Origin: Rhodosorus marinus CCMP1338
Lineage: Eukaryota; Plantae; Rhodophyta
Reading direction: 5' to 3'
Length of the DNA: 64,000 nucleotides
NCBI GenBank assembly: GCA_029953675.1
Contig: JAMWBK010000003.1
Coordinates: 372,001 to 436,000 of the forward strand
Both the position numbers and the translations under genes were made by a program. The notes under the pieces were generated by a model. The model saw only the letters and a list, made by a program, of their open reading frames with translations, was not told the origin of the DNA and ran no database searches. This document shows, piece after piece, positions 35,163 to 47,502 of the stretch (its first letter is position 1; every line of letters begins with the position of its first letter).

Positions 35163-37037
35163 GAACCACCCCCCACCCCCGCACCCGCTTCCGCCCAGCC
35201 TCACCTCAAAACCAAACTCCCAGAGTTCAACCCACGAAACAGTAATTGCCGCAAACTACAAAATCCTCAATACTTAATCCCTTCCTTCACAAAATATTAC
35301 CTCCGCCCGCCTCTCCCATACTCACCTCTGCCACTCCACTCCCACATGTGCCAAGCCCTATCCATCCCCCAGCCCTCCCAGCTTTGAATCTATATACGCA
35401 ATACACCCCATTCCCCCGAGACTTTTGTCGCCCATCAATGAACTCTCATCCGCTCAAAAATTTATCCCCTTTATCAAAACAATAAAAAGGTATCCCGAAA
35501 CCCTAAATATCATATTTGAATAAATATTTAGCAATTTTCTGGGAATAAAATATTCCAACAAAAAAAACTTCCCCCCCCTTTCCTATTTTTTATATGATTC
35601 GATGGTTTGACTGGTTGTCTGCAAACCGATGAATCCGTTGAAGTTGATTTTGATAATACTTTAGACTGTTTGGATTTTTCTTTTTCCGATTATAATATAT
35701 TTGTTCCTATTTTCAAAGACGACGTGCCGGGAGGTGGAAGTTGTTTTTATATGTTATTGGAGGGTGGTTGGATTTTTAATCCAATTGATGGAAAGATGGA
35801 ATGAAATAGACCAATAGATATTTGTTTTATTTGTCGTCGATTGCTTTTTCTTCATTATTTATCCTCTTTTATTATATTCAAGTTGTATGGTGACCAATTA
35901 GTAGATTTGTTTGGATAGAATTGATATGGATAACTCAATCTATTGGCAATCAACTTTAAAATATTTGTATTTTATTTATTTATATGATGATACTTAGTCC
36001 AATTATTACTCTGGGATATCAACGCTGATGTAAGCATCAATCAGCTGGGTGGAACAGCCCACCTTGATGGAAGAGGGTGACCGGGAGGCGAGCTGTAAAA
36101 GAACGGATGCTCCTAGCCGGTGGACGGCTTGACTATCTGCTGGGCTATCTGTGGGCTCCATACAACTTGCACTCCCTGAAACTTGTGGGTCGAGCCAGGG
36201 TGGAAGCTGGCAAGTACGAGCGGAGAATTGTCCGCAAAGATATGGGTCGGAATGATCCTTATCTGTCCTCAAGTCGAACACAAGGGTCATCTCATCGCTT
36301 CCCGAGCCCGGGATGGATCTTAACACGACGCGTGCGGACAGCATCAGTGTGCACGGAATGACGGACAAGCTGACCATAAGATTAGTTTACGGCCAAGGTT
36401 TGCTCATTAGTGATCATGTGAAGGTATGGGCTCCCTCGAAAAGGGCTTTGGCAAAGCCTGCTCCAGTCGTATCTCCTGCATTCGGTAATCAGAAACACCT
36501 CTTTGCACCCCAAGTCAGTTCGCGTACAACAGAAGCTATCCACGGGATTCCAATACCCGCCATGAGTTGGAGACGGTATCGATACCAGGATCTTGTGCTG
36601 CATCCCCTCCGATGCTCTCCACAGTATGCTCTCAACGGTCCTACACTTGACGCAATAGCTTGTACTCAACCGTGGTGGTCCTTCAGGCTCTCAGCAAGAA
36701 AAATTGCGTGAACTACGCCTTGTTGCGTGCTAGGAAAAGAGCACAAGAATGTAGGAATGTTTGCCAGATGCCCAAGACGCTAGATGCAGTTCCGATCGCA
36801 GACCAATCCCAGATCGCCACTGTGATCCAAAGAAGGGCAATGATCAAAGCGGTAGAGTTATATAGGCCGCTCGAAGAGTCACGGCTAGACCATATCATCT
36901 TGCATATCTTTGTGCTGCTGATCCAAAGCAGGTCCTTTCCAACGGTCTTAACCCATGGAATGGGTCTACCACAACTCAACACGGGGGCCTTGTGCTTCCC
37001 AACACTGGGCCCAGCATTTCCGCCAAGCTTTACTTCC

Positions 37038-37607
37038 CTACACAGCTTCTAGCCACTCGTCAAAGCCGTCATCTGCATCTTTGTCATCCGTCTCTGCAGC
37101 GCTTGTGGTCCGTTGCTCAGCAGCGGACGCCATGGGTTCGTTTTGTGTCTTGCATACAGGCGCGACTGCCCGCTGAGCTGCTTCGTACGAGCTCAGCAGC
37201 TTCTCCTTGAGCTCGAGATGGGACTGGGCCTCAAGCCCAGACTCCTCCGGCGTTAAATGTAGTACACAATATTGAGGCACGGACGCGAGCGCGTCGTTTA
37301 CCAATTCCAAATCTAGCACAAAGTCGAACCTATACTCTCCAGAATCAATGTTGTCTAGAACCACGTCTTTTGTGCCCTGAAGAATTCTCTCGATATCGTA
37401 GCCTTCGTGCACCTCCTCCTCGTTCGATTCTACATATCGAGAGGCGTTGTCCCATAACGAGTCGCTTTCCCGGTCCTTCGTGTCAGTGGCTTCCCTGCCG
37501 GGGTTCTGGTCCTCTACTTCATGTGAGCGCCTGCCCCGCCCCCTTCCCCTCCCGCGAGTTCTTTTGGAGGTGTCCGGAAACTCCTCAAAGGAAGATTTGT
37601 ATCTCAT
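37038..37607 (-). CDS. AVEN-like RGG/RG-rich protein
   Basis: RGRGRGRGRR, DNASRY, LDLELVNDALASVP and C-terminal FDEWLEAV follow the AVEN-family layout. The call is from memory. Confidence 0.5.
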   Translation of the reverse strand: MRYKSSFEEFPDTSKRTRGRGRGRGRRSHEVEDQNPGREATDTKDRESDSLWDNASRYVESNEEEVHEGYDIERILQGTKDVVLDNIDSGEYRFDFVLDLELVNDALASVPQYCVLHLTPEESGLEAQSHLELKEKLLSSYEAAQRAVAPVCKTQNEPMASAAEQRTTSAAETDDKDADDGFDEWLEAV

Positions 37608-38452
37608 GTTTGGACCCTGTGCAAGTGAAAACCCGGTGGCACCCGCACACAACCCCGAACAGCCCAAACCCTAGCATTGACCACTACTGGAGGACTCAGG
37701 TCGACTCTTCCGGATAAAGGATCTACCGGTCACTAGGGAGGAGCTTCTCAGTTGTGACAGAAGATTCCTCCAAAGCGATGAAGGATAGCTCCTTGTTCGC
37801 CTGAATGACTTCCAAGAGGTTTATAGGGGTTACGTTAGGTTGTCGCTCAATTATTCCTGGAGCGTAGTATGGTCTTCACGGTTTGATGGCACCAGGGCGA
37901 GAGTCCATGAAAGTCCGGAGCCCCTCATCCGGTGTTTTTTTTTGGGTTCGGGCATGGAAGAATCGATTGCGCCCGGGAAAGCTTGGCTCCTGTCGAACGG
38001 CTTAAAGAGTGCGTTACGTCGCCTGTGTGCGTTTCGTCGAGGAAAGTTGGAATCGACAGTTCCACTGCAAAAGCAGTCCCCGTCAAACTAGTTGAGAGTG
38101 TGTGGGCTTGAGCTCGATAGCTGAAAGTGAATATCCGATGAAAGTGTATATCCGATAACTCGGGCAAAGCTGCATTCTAGCATGTTTCGGCTACCAGGAC
38201 ATAGTTGCAATCCCGGCGCATGACGGCTTTCACTTGGTGGCAGGAGGACGTTCGTGCAGTTGCAATTCTTCGACAAGTGGCGGGAGCATAGCAGTCGCGT
38301 CTATTTGTGAATGATACTCTACATTTGATTTACTTCATTTTTGGGTTTTTAAAAAATTATGGTTAGTAAACTTTCTTCTCGTTAGATTTTTCTGTTTTGA
38401 TAAGGCAATTATTTTTCTCTTGGTATGGGGTTAGGGACCCTGACTTTGACAA

Positions 38453-39373
38453 TTAGCACACAAGCTGCACGTCAAACGAGCCATCGTACTCGACAATCTC
38501 CTGGAACGATGATAGCACCACGGAGATCTGTCGCTGCAATTGATCCACAGAGGGACTTTCCTGGAAGGCAACAGCCTTCACACGGGACTTCGGAAGGTCC
38601 CGGGCAAGAGCATGAGCAGCTTGCAACTCGCTGATGCTATCACCAAGGACAAGGACGTTCAACTCGCCAGAAAACGGAAACATTTTCTTGACTTCGCAAG
38701 CAAATGCCTCAATTTTCCAGTCCTCGGGAGATTCAGGGAAGTAACGCTCGTAGGTGCTCCTTGCAGAGACAATCTTAATATTGTGCTCATACATGAACTG
38801 CAATACTCCGGGAAGGAAACGGGCACCGGACAGTTCAACCCATCCCGTCTCCGCGTTTGTGATCACACAAACGCGTCCCAACTGTAGGGCATCCCGAAGC
38901 AAAGACACCACGAGTGTATCCAAGTCCTCCAACATGCTCTTGAAGTCCTCAGGCAGTTCATCCTTCGAATTCGCGTGAAGATTATTGGCAGCCAGGAAGC
39001 TCGACGACAACAGAGTATCATCCCAGTCAAAAATCGACACTGCAAAGTGCAAGGAACATAAAAAGGTTAGAGCAGCTGTGCGGAAATCAATGAGACAACA
39101 ACAGCACACTCTAAAGAACTTGCAACCGGGTCCTCGAAGTGGTGCGGGTCCCAAAGCATGACTTCGAGGACCCGCATTGGTTTAAGATAGGAACTTGAAA
39201 GTTACCGTACCCGTTCTGTCGCAAAAACTATCCCCCACACCCGGAGAATCTATGTTAGAAGCATCTGTACACATCGACTCATCACTTTCCGCGATGTCGA
39301 TAGGGTTGGATTGTGCCCTCCATGACGGATCCATGTCATCCGCAATGCTACGCGCTCTTTGCTCGGCCCCCAT
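38453..39373 (-). CDS. HAD-superfamily-like protein of unknown substrate; intron 39040-39210
   Basis: Splicing gives DRTVSIFDWDDTLL (motif I DxDxT), followed by VITNA (II), WKIEAF (III) and LGDSISE (IV). Confidence 0.82.
39127..39176. repeat. Intronic hairpin with an alternative pairing
   Basis: cgggtcctcgaagt (39127-39140) pairs perfectly with acttcgaggacccg (39161-39174); the loop sequence tgcgggtcc can instead pair with ggacccgca. Confidence 0.88.
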
Positions 39374-41534
39374 TGTTGGCACTTTCCCAATTGCAACTCG
39401 AGAACTCTTCCACAAGTTCCGTCAAGTCGCTAATCCTCACCCAATACCTTTCCTACTATCTCAACTCTCATTAATATGACTCCCTCCTTCCCCTTTTTGT
39501 GGTAAGAAGTGTCGTTGTCTTCTGAAATCAACCCAGGCGACTCAACTTAAAAGCCCGCCCTCCTCCGAGAATCAATCAGAAGACCCTTTAACTATCCCGA
39601 TAAAACAAGGATATCAAGAGGTTATTTTCCCCCTCTTCAAAATTGTTTTTGTTGTCTAGCGTACCCTCTCCGAAAAAGAGAACTAATACTACTACTCTTG
39701 GGCTACTCTCCGACCTTCCCAAAGCGTCACTTCTACTTTCGGACGTGCTTTTATATCTCTCCCCTTGACTTTTTTTCCCTCGTCGTTGGCTCAAATTTCT
39801 ACCTCTTTTCAAGGACAACGCGTCATATTATTCGTCATTTAGTATAACCCCTCGATGGAACTGGGCACAGTATGCATATGCCAGTTTTATATGAATACAA
39901 AATAATTATCTCATTTTTCTTCGAACGTGATACACAGAGAATCTACCCCTCACAAGAAAAAGTCACTCCAGCTAGGGAAACCGTGCGACAGTTCCGTACA
40001 TGTTTAGGGGTTGGACAGCACGCGAACCGTCAGCGCTTTTAAATTTAAATCCGGGATTAATAGGGGGACCGTGGAAGACAAAAAATTTACCTTCGTCTCT
40101 AAAATAATACATTTAGAAACATCTTCGCAGTATCTTTTTCCCCAAGGCGGAACGTTGCTGTTTCATTGGGCCGTTGCAAAATTTCCACACTTAATTGATG
40201 AGCTCAAAAATAGGGGTTGGGCAGCCATACTATTTTTCCCCGGAATGCGGCTACGATAATGGAGGTATTTCATTGGATACCAATCTGTCACTGTGCAACC
40301 TACCCCTTCCACCGCTTTTAAAATGATATTATGGAATTAAATATTTTTTTGGTCATTATTTGCTGATATCAAATGCCGTGCATGACCCCTCGATAGAAAG
40401 CTTGAATACGTTACCCTACAATTGGATGCTTTACTCCGCTAAGAAACGATCTACCTTTATCATTGGCTTATAATATTATTGAAATAGAAGAAATAATCTG
40501 AGCTGTCCTTTCCTATTTCAATGGCAAGAAGTGTTCCATATACATTTGGAGACAATTTTCTCCCTAAAAATAAGGAACTCGTCCAACGTCCTTCGACTGG
40601 ACATTTTACGACGATGTCTTTATAAAATGTTTTCTCGTCCCTCTGAGTCTACTAACCTTAGTCTCTTGGCTTTAATCTTTTCCGTTCTTCTTGGGTAACG
40701 AACATTGGCCATAACCGAAGATTTTGATTTTGATTTTTTTACCTCCAAGGGGTTCAGCAAGAAAACTCGTGAGAAAATTTCCAACAAAACAGCTCTATAA
40801 ACATTTGAAAAATAAGAGCAGGTAATTTCCAGAGCCATTCAGAAGTCTCCAGATCCAAGGGGGTAAAACAAAAACTAAAAAATGAATATTGGATATGTCC
40901 AAAAGATCCAGAATCAGCTCTTCACTTTTACAACAAGATCGGAGGGAGGGGTGGGCGGGGGGGATTGTGCTAGTTGCCCACGAACACTCTTACCGTGGAG
41001 CCTACCGAATTAGGATTTGTCTTGTGAATAAAATAAAAGCTATCTTCTTGGTCCATAGCGGAAATATGGCAATCGCGATTGCTAATGTCAGAACCCCCTT
41101 GGGGGGGGGGGGGAAGGGGGGTACAGTTCGATTGTCAAGACGTCAAAAAAAATTCATAGCCTTTTTTTTCATGACAATTTTCCTCCATTTATAGGATGAT
41201 TATGACGAAAAATCACGACAAACACTAGTTCTACAAAAGGGGGATTGCGATTGGTCTATTTCAGCGAAATATTATCACAGGGGTATCTTTCCCTTTAAGC
41301 GAGTAATGTCTTCATGAAACAATAGTTTGCGAATTAGTGCTGTTTAATCTTACCCCTCAAATGAGGACAAGAGAAATTCTAGAAAGGGGTTGACCGTTAC
41401 TAGTTGGTATACATTATTTCTTATTTTGTTAACTTTTAAAAGATTATCTGTAAAAAAAACCTCACCCTCGACCCCTTCGGAAAAGACACGCGCGGCAGTT
41501 TTCCCGCTCATTTTGTGGATGGTTTTGATTGAAG

Positions 41535-44500
41535 TTAGTCAATTACAATCACGCCCTCATCATCTTTGCTGAAATCGTTTGGTCGGAGCACGTTGAGTTC
41601 TTTGCAGAGGCGGAGGACTCGAACTTGGAGGTTAAAGTCGTCATCGCAAATGTCCATCATTTTGAACATATCAAGCAGGGCCAACTTCAAGTCTCCTTTA
41701 TCTTCATGTCTCCTGGAATGGGTTTAAAGATGGAAAAAGAAATCCAAATCGCCGCGCTTAAGGTGTTACTTCACAAGCGTACGATCCGATCGAGAATTGA
41801 CTGCGCACACATGATGGCAATCATAAGGAGTGGATCAACGTACTTGGCGGACTCGAGTAGCTTGTCGTAGGAATTGATTTCAGATTCGGTGAGGTTTTTT
41901 CGCGGGTTTATGGCGCGGATCGTTCTTAGGACCTCACTCGCAACGGTTGGTGGAATAGCGGTTTGAGCAGATTCCTCTTGGGATAGCGGTGAGGCTGCCG
42001 ACAGCATCTCCTCGTCATCTGCACCACAAGAGATTAGGTAAGAGCTCGATAGAGCTCTTCAGGGCTTACGTGAACGGTATGCAGTAGGGACTCACCATCA
42101 ATGACGAAAACACCATCTTTGTCCAAGAGTCGGTTCCTAAAACTGCCGCTAGCTCCACCTCCACTGTTGCCAATGATCGCTGAGCGGTTGATGGTTTGCA
42201 GAGGGCCGCTTTTACCCGTCGAAGTCGCGTTCTCTTTCTCAGCGCTATCTTCACCTGTTAAGTCGATTTCTACCGTTGGTCGACGGTCCGGGTTCGCTAG
42301 AGGGCCATCCAGGTCAATTCGCATGGGTGTTGTTGTAGTACCCGCAGACCATCGACGACTGTCTGCCGACGAGAAGGACAACCTGCTTTGCCCTGAAGTA
42401 CCGCCCGTAGGATCTGTAGTTATGAGAAGTGCACGAGACAAGGTGTATCAGTTAGGACGTCAAGATCGAACCAAGAGCGATTCGAGCAATAAACGACAAG
42501 GTGGAGGGTGTCGAATACGCACTTGGGGAAGACCCGCTGCTGGGTGAGGGCCAAACGAATCTCCTCTGCCGCCTAGGTGTTTGCGTAGGTGTTTGCTCGT
42601 CAAGAAGAGAAGGATGCTGCTCCAGGTCGTTTCCTGGCGGCGATGAAGAAAATTCAAATTAGCGCAAAGCTCCAAAAAAAGCCAGGCTCTCGAAACTAAC
42701 GGGCCCAAGGCGGACTCCCTCACCGGACGAAGATCTGAAGGGCCATATCGATGCAGCTTGAAACCATGGATTGATCTGACCAAGCCCAAACGACGACCCA
42801 TCATTACGAGCAGGTCCAAGACTCTGCCGGGCCATCTCCTCCTCTGCCTCTTGAATTGCCAGGGGCGCGACTTGGAATATCAAGTCATTGTGGGTCAGAT
42901 CATCCACCTCGTCCAAGCCCCGTACCCATGAAACGTGTGGCTGGAATGGCTCAAGCTGCTTCGTCACGTTTTCGTTTTCCACGGACGACCTTATAATGTC
43001 CTCGAACATGCACCTGGTTCCGGATTGGTCTGTGTCGTGCAAGGTGAAAACATCACTGAGCTCGGTCTTGGAAAAGAAGCCTCTCGTTCGCTCCTCTTGA
43101 GTGGCGGTCTTCGCCAGTCCCCCTTTGAACACCTGGTAATGGGCAGATGGGAGAGCAACCAACTGTCTTAGCCCTAGACAACTCGGAGTCATAGCCTCTC
43201 ATTCGTCTAAGGATACCTGCTTCTTGTAGATTTTTTCCTCAATCGTCCCGCACGTAATCATTCGATAGACTAGAACATTTCGCGTTTGGCCGATTCTGTA
43301 TGCTCGGTCAACAGCTTGCGCATCAACGAACGGATTCCATGACGGATCTAAAACAAACTTACTTCATCAGCCACGAAGCCGTTTTCCACTAAACGTGTCA
43401 TACGGGTTTGCACGAGGAGAGACGCTTACCATAAATGATAACTCTGTCTGCTCGAGTGACTGTCAAACCAAGGCTTCCCACTCCAGTGGACATCAATAGC
43501 GCAAAAAAGGTACTAGAAGGATCGTTGAACCTGTTCACAATTTCTTGTCGCTCCTGATGAGGAGTGCTGCCGTCCAGCCTGCAGAATCCAGAGACATCAT
43601 AGTTCATCCTCGACATGAGCGCTGCCTCGATGATGTCCAGCATCTTTGTAGATCGCGAGAAAACTAGAGTCTGATGACCCTCTTCCTTATGTGAGACTAG
43701 CAGCTTCATGAGGAGTGACAATTTCGCGCTGTTCTGGAGGGACAGTTCGACATTGGCTGCCGTCCGAAGCGCAGAATTGAAATCGTCCACTACAGCGGCC
43801 CCGCTGAGTTCCTCCTCCTCGAACTGCTGGAGATGCGGAGGTGAGTTCGCCCGTTGAACAGGTCCTGCATTCTCTCCCAGCGAGGCACGGTGTCCCTCAG
43901 AGCCGCACAACCGAAAGGATCGCGTAGTCAAAATCCAAGGGTGATCGCATATCTTCTTTAGCACTGTCAGCGAGGCCAAAGCAGAGCGATCCCTGGCAAG
44001 AACTTCGCTCACTTCCTTACTCCCTAGAAACCCCTTGTAGAGAGTAATCTATGTGCAAAAAATGCCAGAACAAAATGTTGGGTTTGAGGCACGTCATGGC
44101 CAGTAATGATTCCAATGCAAACTCCTACCTGGATCTCCGCAGGTTTTACCCACACCACCAAGTCCTTCTTTTCAGGTAATGAAATGCGGCTGGGCACCTT
44201 TCCAGGGGTTACGATCTCCATGTGCGATTTCTCGCTGGAATGGTCAACACCTTCGTTCTGGGAAAAGTCCAAATCGTCCGTTTTCTCTCGCCGGAGAAAA
44301 TGTGGCTTTATTCGCCTACGTAGTTCTTCTGCCGCTTCAGTACCTTTTCGTCGGTCCCATCCGCTTGCTTCTTTGTCATGGCCTCGGAGGATAGGCTTCT
44401 CAAACGTGTCTATGAAAGTTCTACTGTTGCCGAAGAGCTCCTCATGGGTTGCGAAATCAAACAGTGACCAAAGTTCACGCAGATTATTCTGCAACGGCGT

Positions 44501-45232
44501 TCCAGTCAGCAGCAGCCGGTGGGCTGCCGGGATCTGCCGCACAGCCTTTGCAATCTCCGTAGTATGTCCTTTGATGCAATGACCTAGGTAGATGAATCGC
44601 GAGAGGGTCAAATTTCCAGTTCTACTAAAACAATGAGCAGAATGTTCCTACGTGTGAGAGCTTGATAACTTACCCTCATCCAGAATTATATAATCCCACT
44701 CTCCAACTCCCGCCAGATCTGACCAGGAAGACCTAACTGTCCCATACGTGGACAGCACTATTCCAGGTCTCGATAGCATCTGAAGCTCCCTTACAACCCT
44801 CTGCCGGTCTGATCCATGGAAAACCCTGTGAGGTACATCGCGGCTCCAGTCCAGCAGACTTTTTGACCAGTGCTGAATAACCGACAGAGGCGCAACGATG
44901 AGCACCTTTGAGACCAAGCCCGAGCAGTACAGGCCCTCTAGGAACGACGCTACTTGAATCGTCTTTCCAAGACCCATATCATCCCCAAGAATTCCCCCGC
45001 CCTTCTTTGAACCCATCTCGCCTCTGAGCTGCCATAACCATCCTACCCCATCCCTCTGATAGGCATAAAGCCTATCGAACACTTCTCCTGGTACCTTGAG
45101 CTCACCAAGACAATACTCATCGTCGTCATTTTTAACGAATTCAAACCTCAAATCGTCTCCTTTACTGCCCACGTCCCCGATCTCCAGTTCATCTACTTCC
45201 ATTTGCACGAATCTTATGGAACGACACCCCAC
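41535..45232 (-). CDS. ERCC6L: SNF2-family translocase ERCC6L/PICH (plant CHR24-like), multi-exon; start uncertain
   Basis: [57 protein letters not shown] and a C-terminal TPR-like YDKLLESAK...LRLCKEL, with stop at 41535-41537. Confidence 0.87.
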
Positions 45233-46149
45233 ATTTCACTGAGGCCGCCTCCAGCAACATAAATTTAGCGGTAATCACACAGGTACCATCGTCTTTCTCC
45301 TCAAACCAAAGCAAGATTCTGTCACGACGTCTCAAACGAATTTTTCAATACGCCCCTACTCGGAAACCCCCTCCAAAGACCCGCCCAAAACAACGAAACA
45401 AACAAACACAGAGCTTCAACACACAGCACCCCAACCCCACCCACCCCACCGAGAACAAACAAATGTTTCTTGTAGAGACTAAGAAAATAGATCGCTCACT
45501 GCGTTACCTGGGATTCAACCTTCGTCTCCTTTCCTTATCTATACATGTCTCGACCTTCATCCTCCTCTAGAACAACAAGGCCTCACGTCCAGCATCTCAT
45601 CAAGTACAAAAGCACTTCTCTCATAAAGCGAGGAGTTTTCAAAAAAAAAACAAAAAACGCAAAACAATCACAAATTTCCACCCACGTGACTAGGACAGCT
45701 GTCACCCGCCAAAAGAAGCGCTAGGGATCGAGTAGAATTTTTTCTTCTATATTTCAAGAATAAATCATCATTTAAAAGGTTTCTTGAAAAAAGTCTCTGA
45801 GATATATTTTGAATATAGGTAGTTTTTGACCGATGTTTTGAATATTCTTTCTAATACGATTGGTTGGGTTTTAGGTTGGAAAAAGGTCTAAACAAGAGAG
45901 TAAATTACGCTGATTTAGATTAGTGTGAAATTTATATGGGAAAATGATATTTTGGGAAAATGTACAAGATTCTGGGGTGATGTGGGCTCAGTGGCCAGGG
46001 TTTTTGAGGGTGTGTTCCGTTTAGAAATACTTGACCCTCCGGAGAATCCAAGTGCCGCTCCTGCTTTCGACTAGTGTAGCGCGCAGCCTTTCAGTGACTG
46101 GTTTCACCATCCGCTCCGCCATCCCGCTTCGTAAGGCTCCTCCAACTCT

Positions 46150-46540
46150 CTTGGTTCTGCAGCCTGCAGATCTTGGCGTGCAGGTCGGCGTTCAGGTACG
46201 CCGACTTGACATCTGCTTGTTCTACCTCGACGTCCTCCCTCGCTGCTGTGGTCAACAGCATTCGGATACTGGAGAAATCGACTGTTGGAGCGAAGACTTC
46301 CTCATAGTCTAGTCCGTGCTTTTGTGCGCGACGAGTCTCGCTTTAAAACGTTGAACTGATCCGGGCGCTGTTCCTCTTAACCTCAGAATCAATCTAGACC
46401 CTAGGAATCTCGCAGACCGGGGTACTCTATCCCTAGGGACCAGTTCCTAGGTCTGGTTCGCCGGCAGGGATCAAATCTCTTCCGCTGCAGCCCGTCTCCA
46501 CGTCCTCGGTGTACCCGCTATCGATCGCCTCGCTCCAGGA
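46150..46540 (-). mobile_element. Degenerate Ty1/Copia reverse transcriptase fragment
   Basis: WRRAAAEEI*SLPANQT*ELVPR...RFKARLVA...GLDYEEVFAPTVDFSSIRMLL...ADVKSAYLNADL, with in-frame stops and a frameshift. Confidence 0.9.
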
Positions 46541-46545
46541 CTCTT

Positions 46546-46598
46546 GGAAGTCTTCGTTTTAACAGTCGATTTCTCCAGTGTCCAAATGCTGTTGACCA
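46546..46598 (+). mobile_element. Inverted partial duplicate of the Copia RT segment
   Basis: Reverse complement of 46250-46302; shares the core aacagtcgatttctccagt..cc.aatgctgttgacca. Confidence 0.85.
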
Positions 46599-47457
46599 AG
46601 GCCTTGAAGAGCAGTGCTGTGTGTTTCGAAAGGGACCAGGCACAAAACAACGAGCAACAAGCTGATCAGAAGTGCTCCGTCCGCAAAAACTCACAGAAAA
46701 AGCAGCAAAGCCCAACGGACAATCAACAGCGCAACCGCCCAGAACCGAATCCCACAAGCCAGCTATTTCGATGTGTTCGTGATCCAATTGCGATGTCGAG
46801 CACATAAATTACACAACACGTTGAACCGAGAGCCAGGCCGAGGCCATACTAGTTCGACCTCAATCGGGTCCGGCTCCTGCTAGTCCAATTGTTGCTATTC
46901 CGGCTCCTATGATTTTGGTGCTTTGTTGTGGCATTGGTGCTGCTGGTTGTGTTCAATATCTACGCTCAAGAACCTGGGGCGATGATCGACCAGATCATCT
47001 ATCTCCCACCTAGCTCCTTCTCTTAACCATTATCCCTGACCCAATCCATTTAACTCTGTAAGTATTAAACATACCACACAACAAAAACCAAGTCTACACA
47101 CCATCCCTCCCTCTCCGCACACCCCTAATCGGCCTTCACCCAAGTTGTCCCATGCCACAACATTTCAATCCTGTTCGGAATTTTAGCCATTTTGGTATTG
47201 CCGGAACCTCTGGCCCGATAGATTTTTCCAAAAAAGTATTTTCCTCTAGTATCATCGGCCAATACTTCCGACGGTCGTGGGGACTGATTCTATGTGGCTT
47301 AGCTATGCTTTTCGGGGAAGGTGTGTCTTGTGAGCTTGGAAGTGGGGTTTTGGATTGTACTTATACTGGGCTTTACCTGTTGTATCTTAGAGAGAGAGAG
47401 AGGAGAGAGGAGAGGCAGGAGTATCGTGTGCAGATTCTTGCGTTTTTTTGGGGGGTG

Positions 47458-47478
47458 GGGTGTGTGTGTGTGTGTGTG
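47458..47478. repeat. (GT)n microsatellite in the LysRS leader
   Basis: gtgtgtgt run directly visible. Confidence 0.85.
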
Positions 47479-47502
47479 GTTTTTGTCTGCATTTTGAGAG
47501 TG

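Noticed and set aside
37700-38280. Possible small minus-strand gene with a 17-bp tandem duplication near 38124
   Set aside because: No consistent exon chain or recognisable product could be built.
47152-47502. 117-aa in-frame N-terminal extension of LysRS (dual targeting)
   Set aside because: It crosses GA and GT microsatellites and the G-rich leader and does not resemble a targeting peptide; homology begins at ATG 47503.
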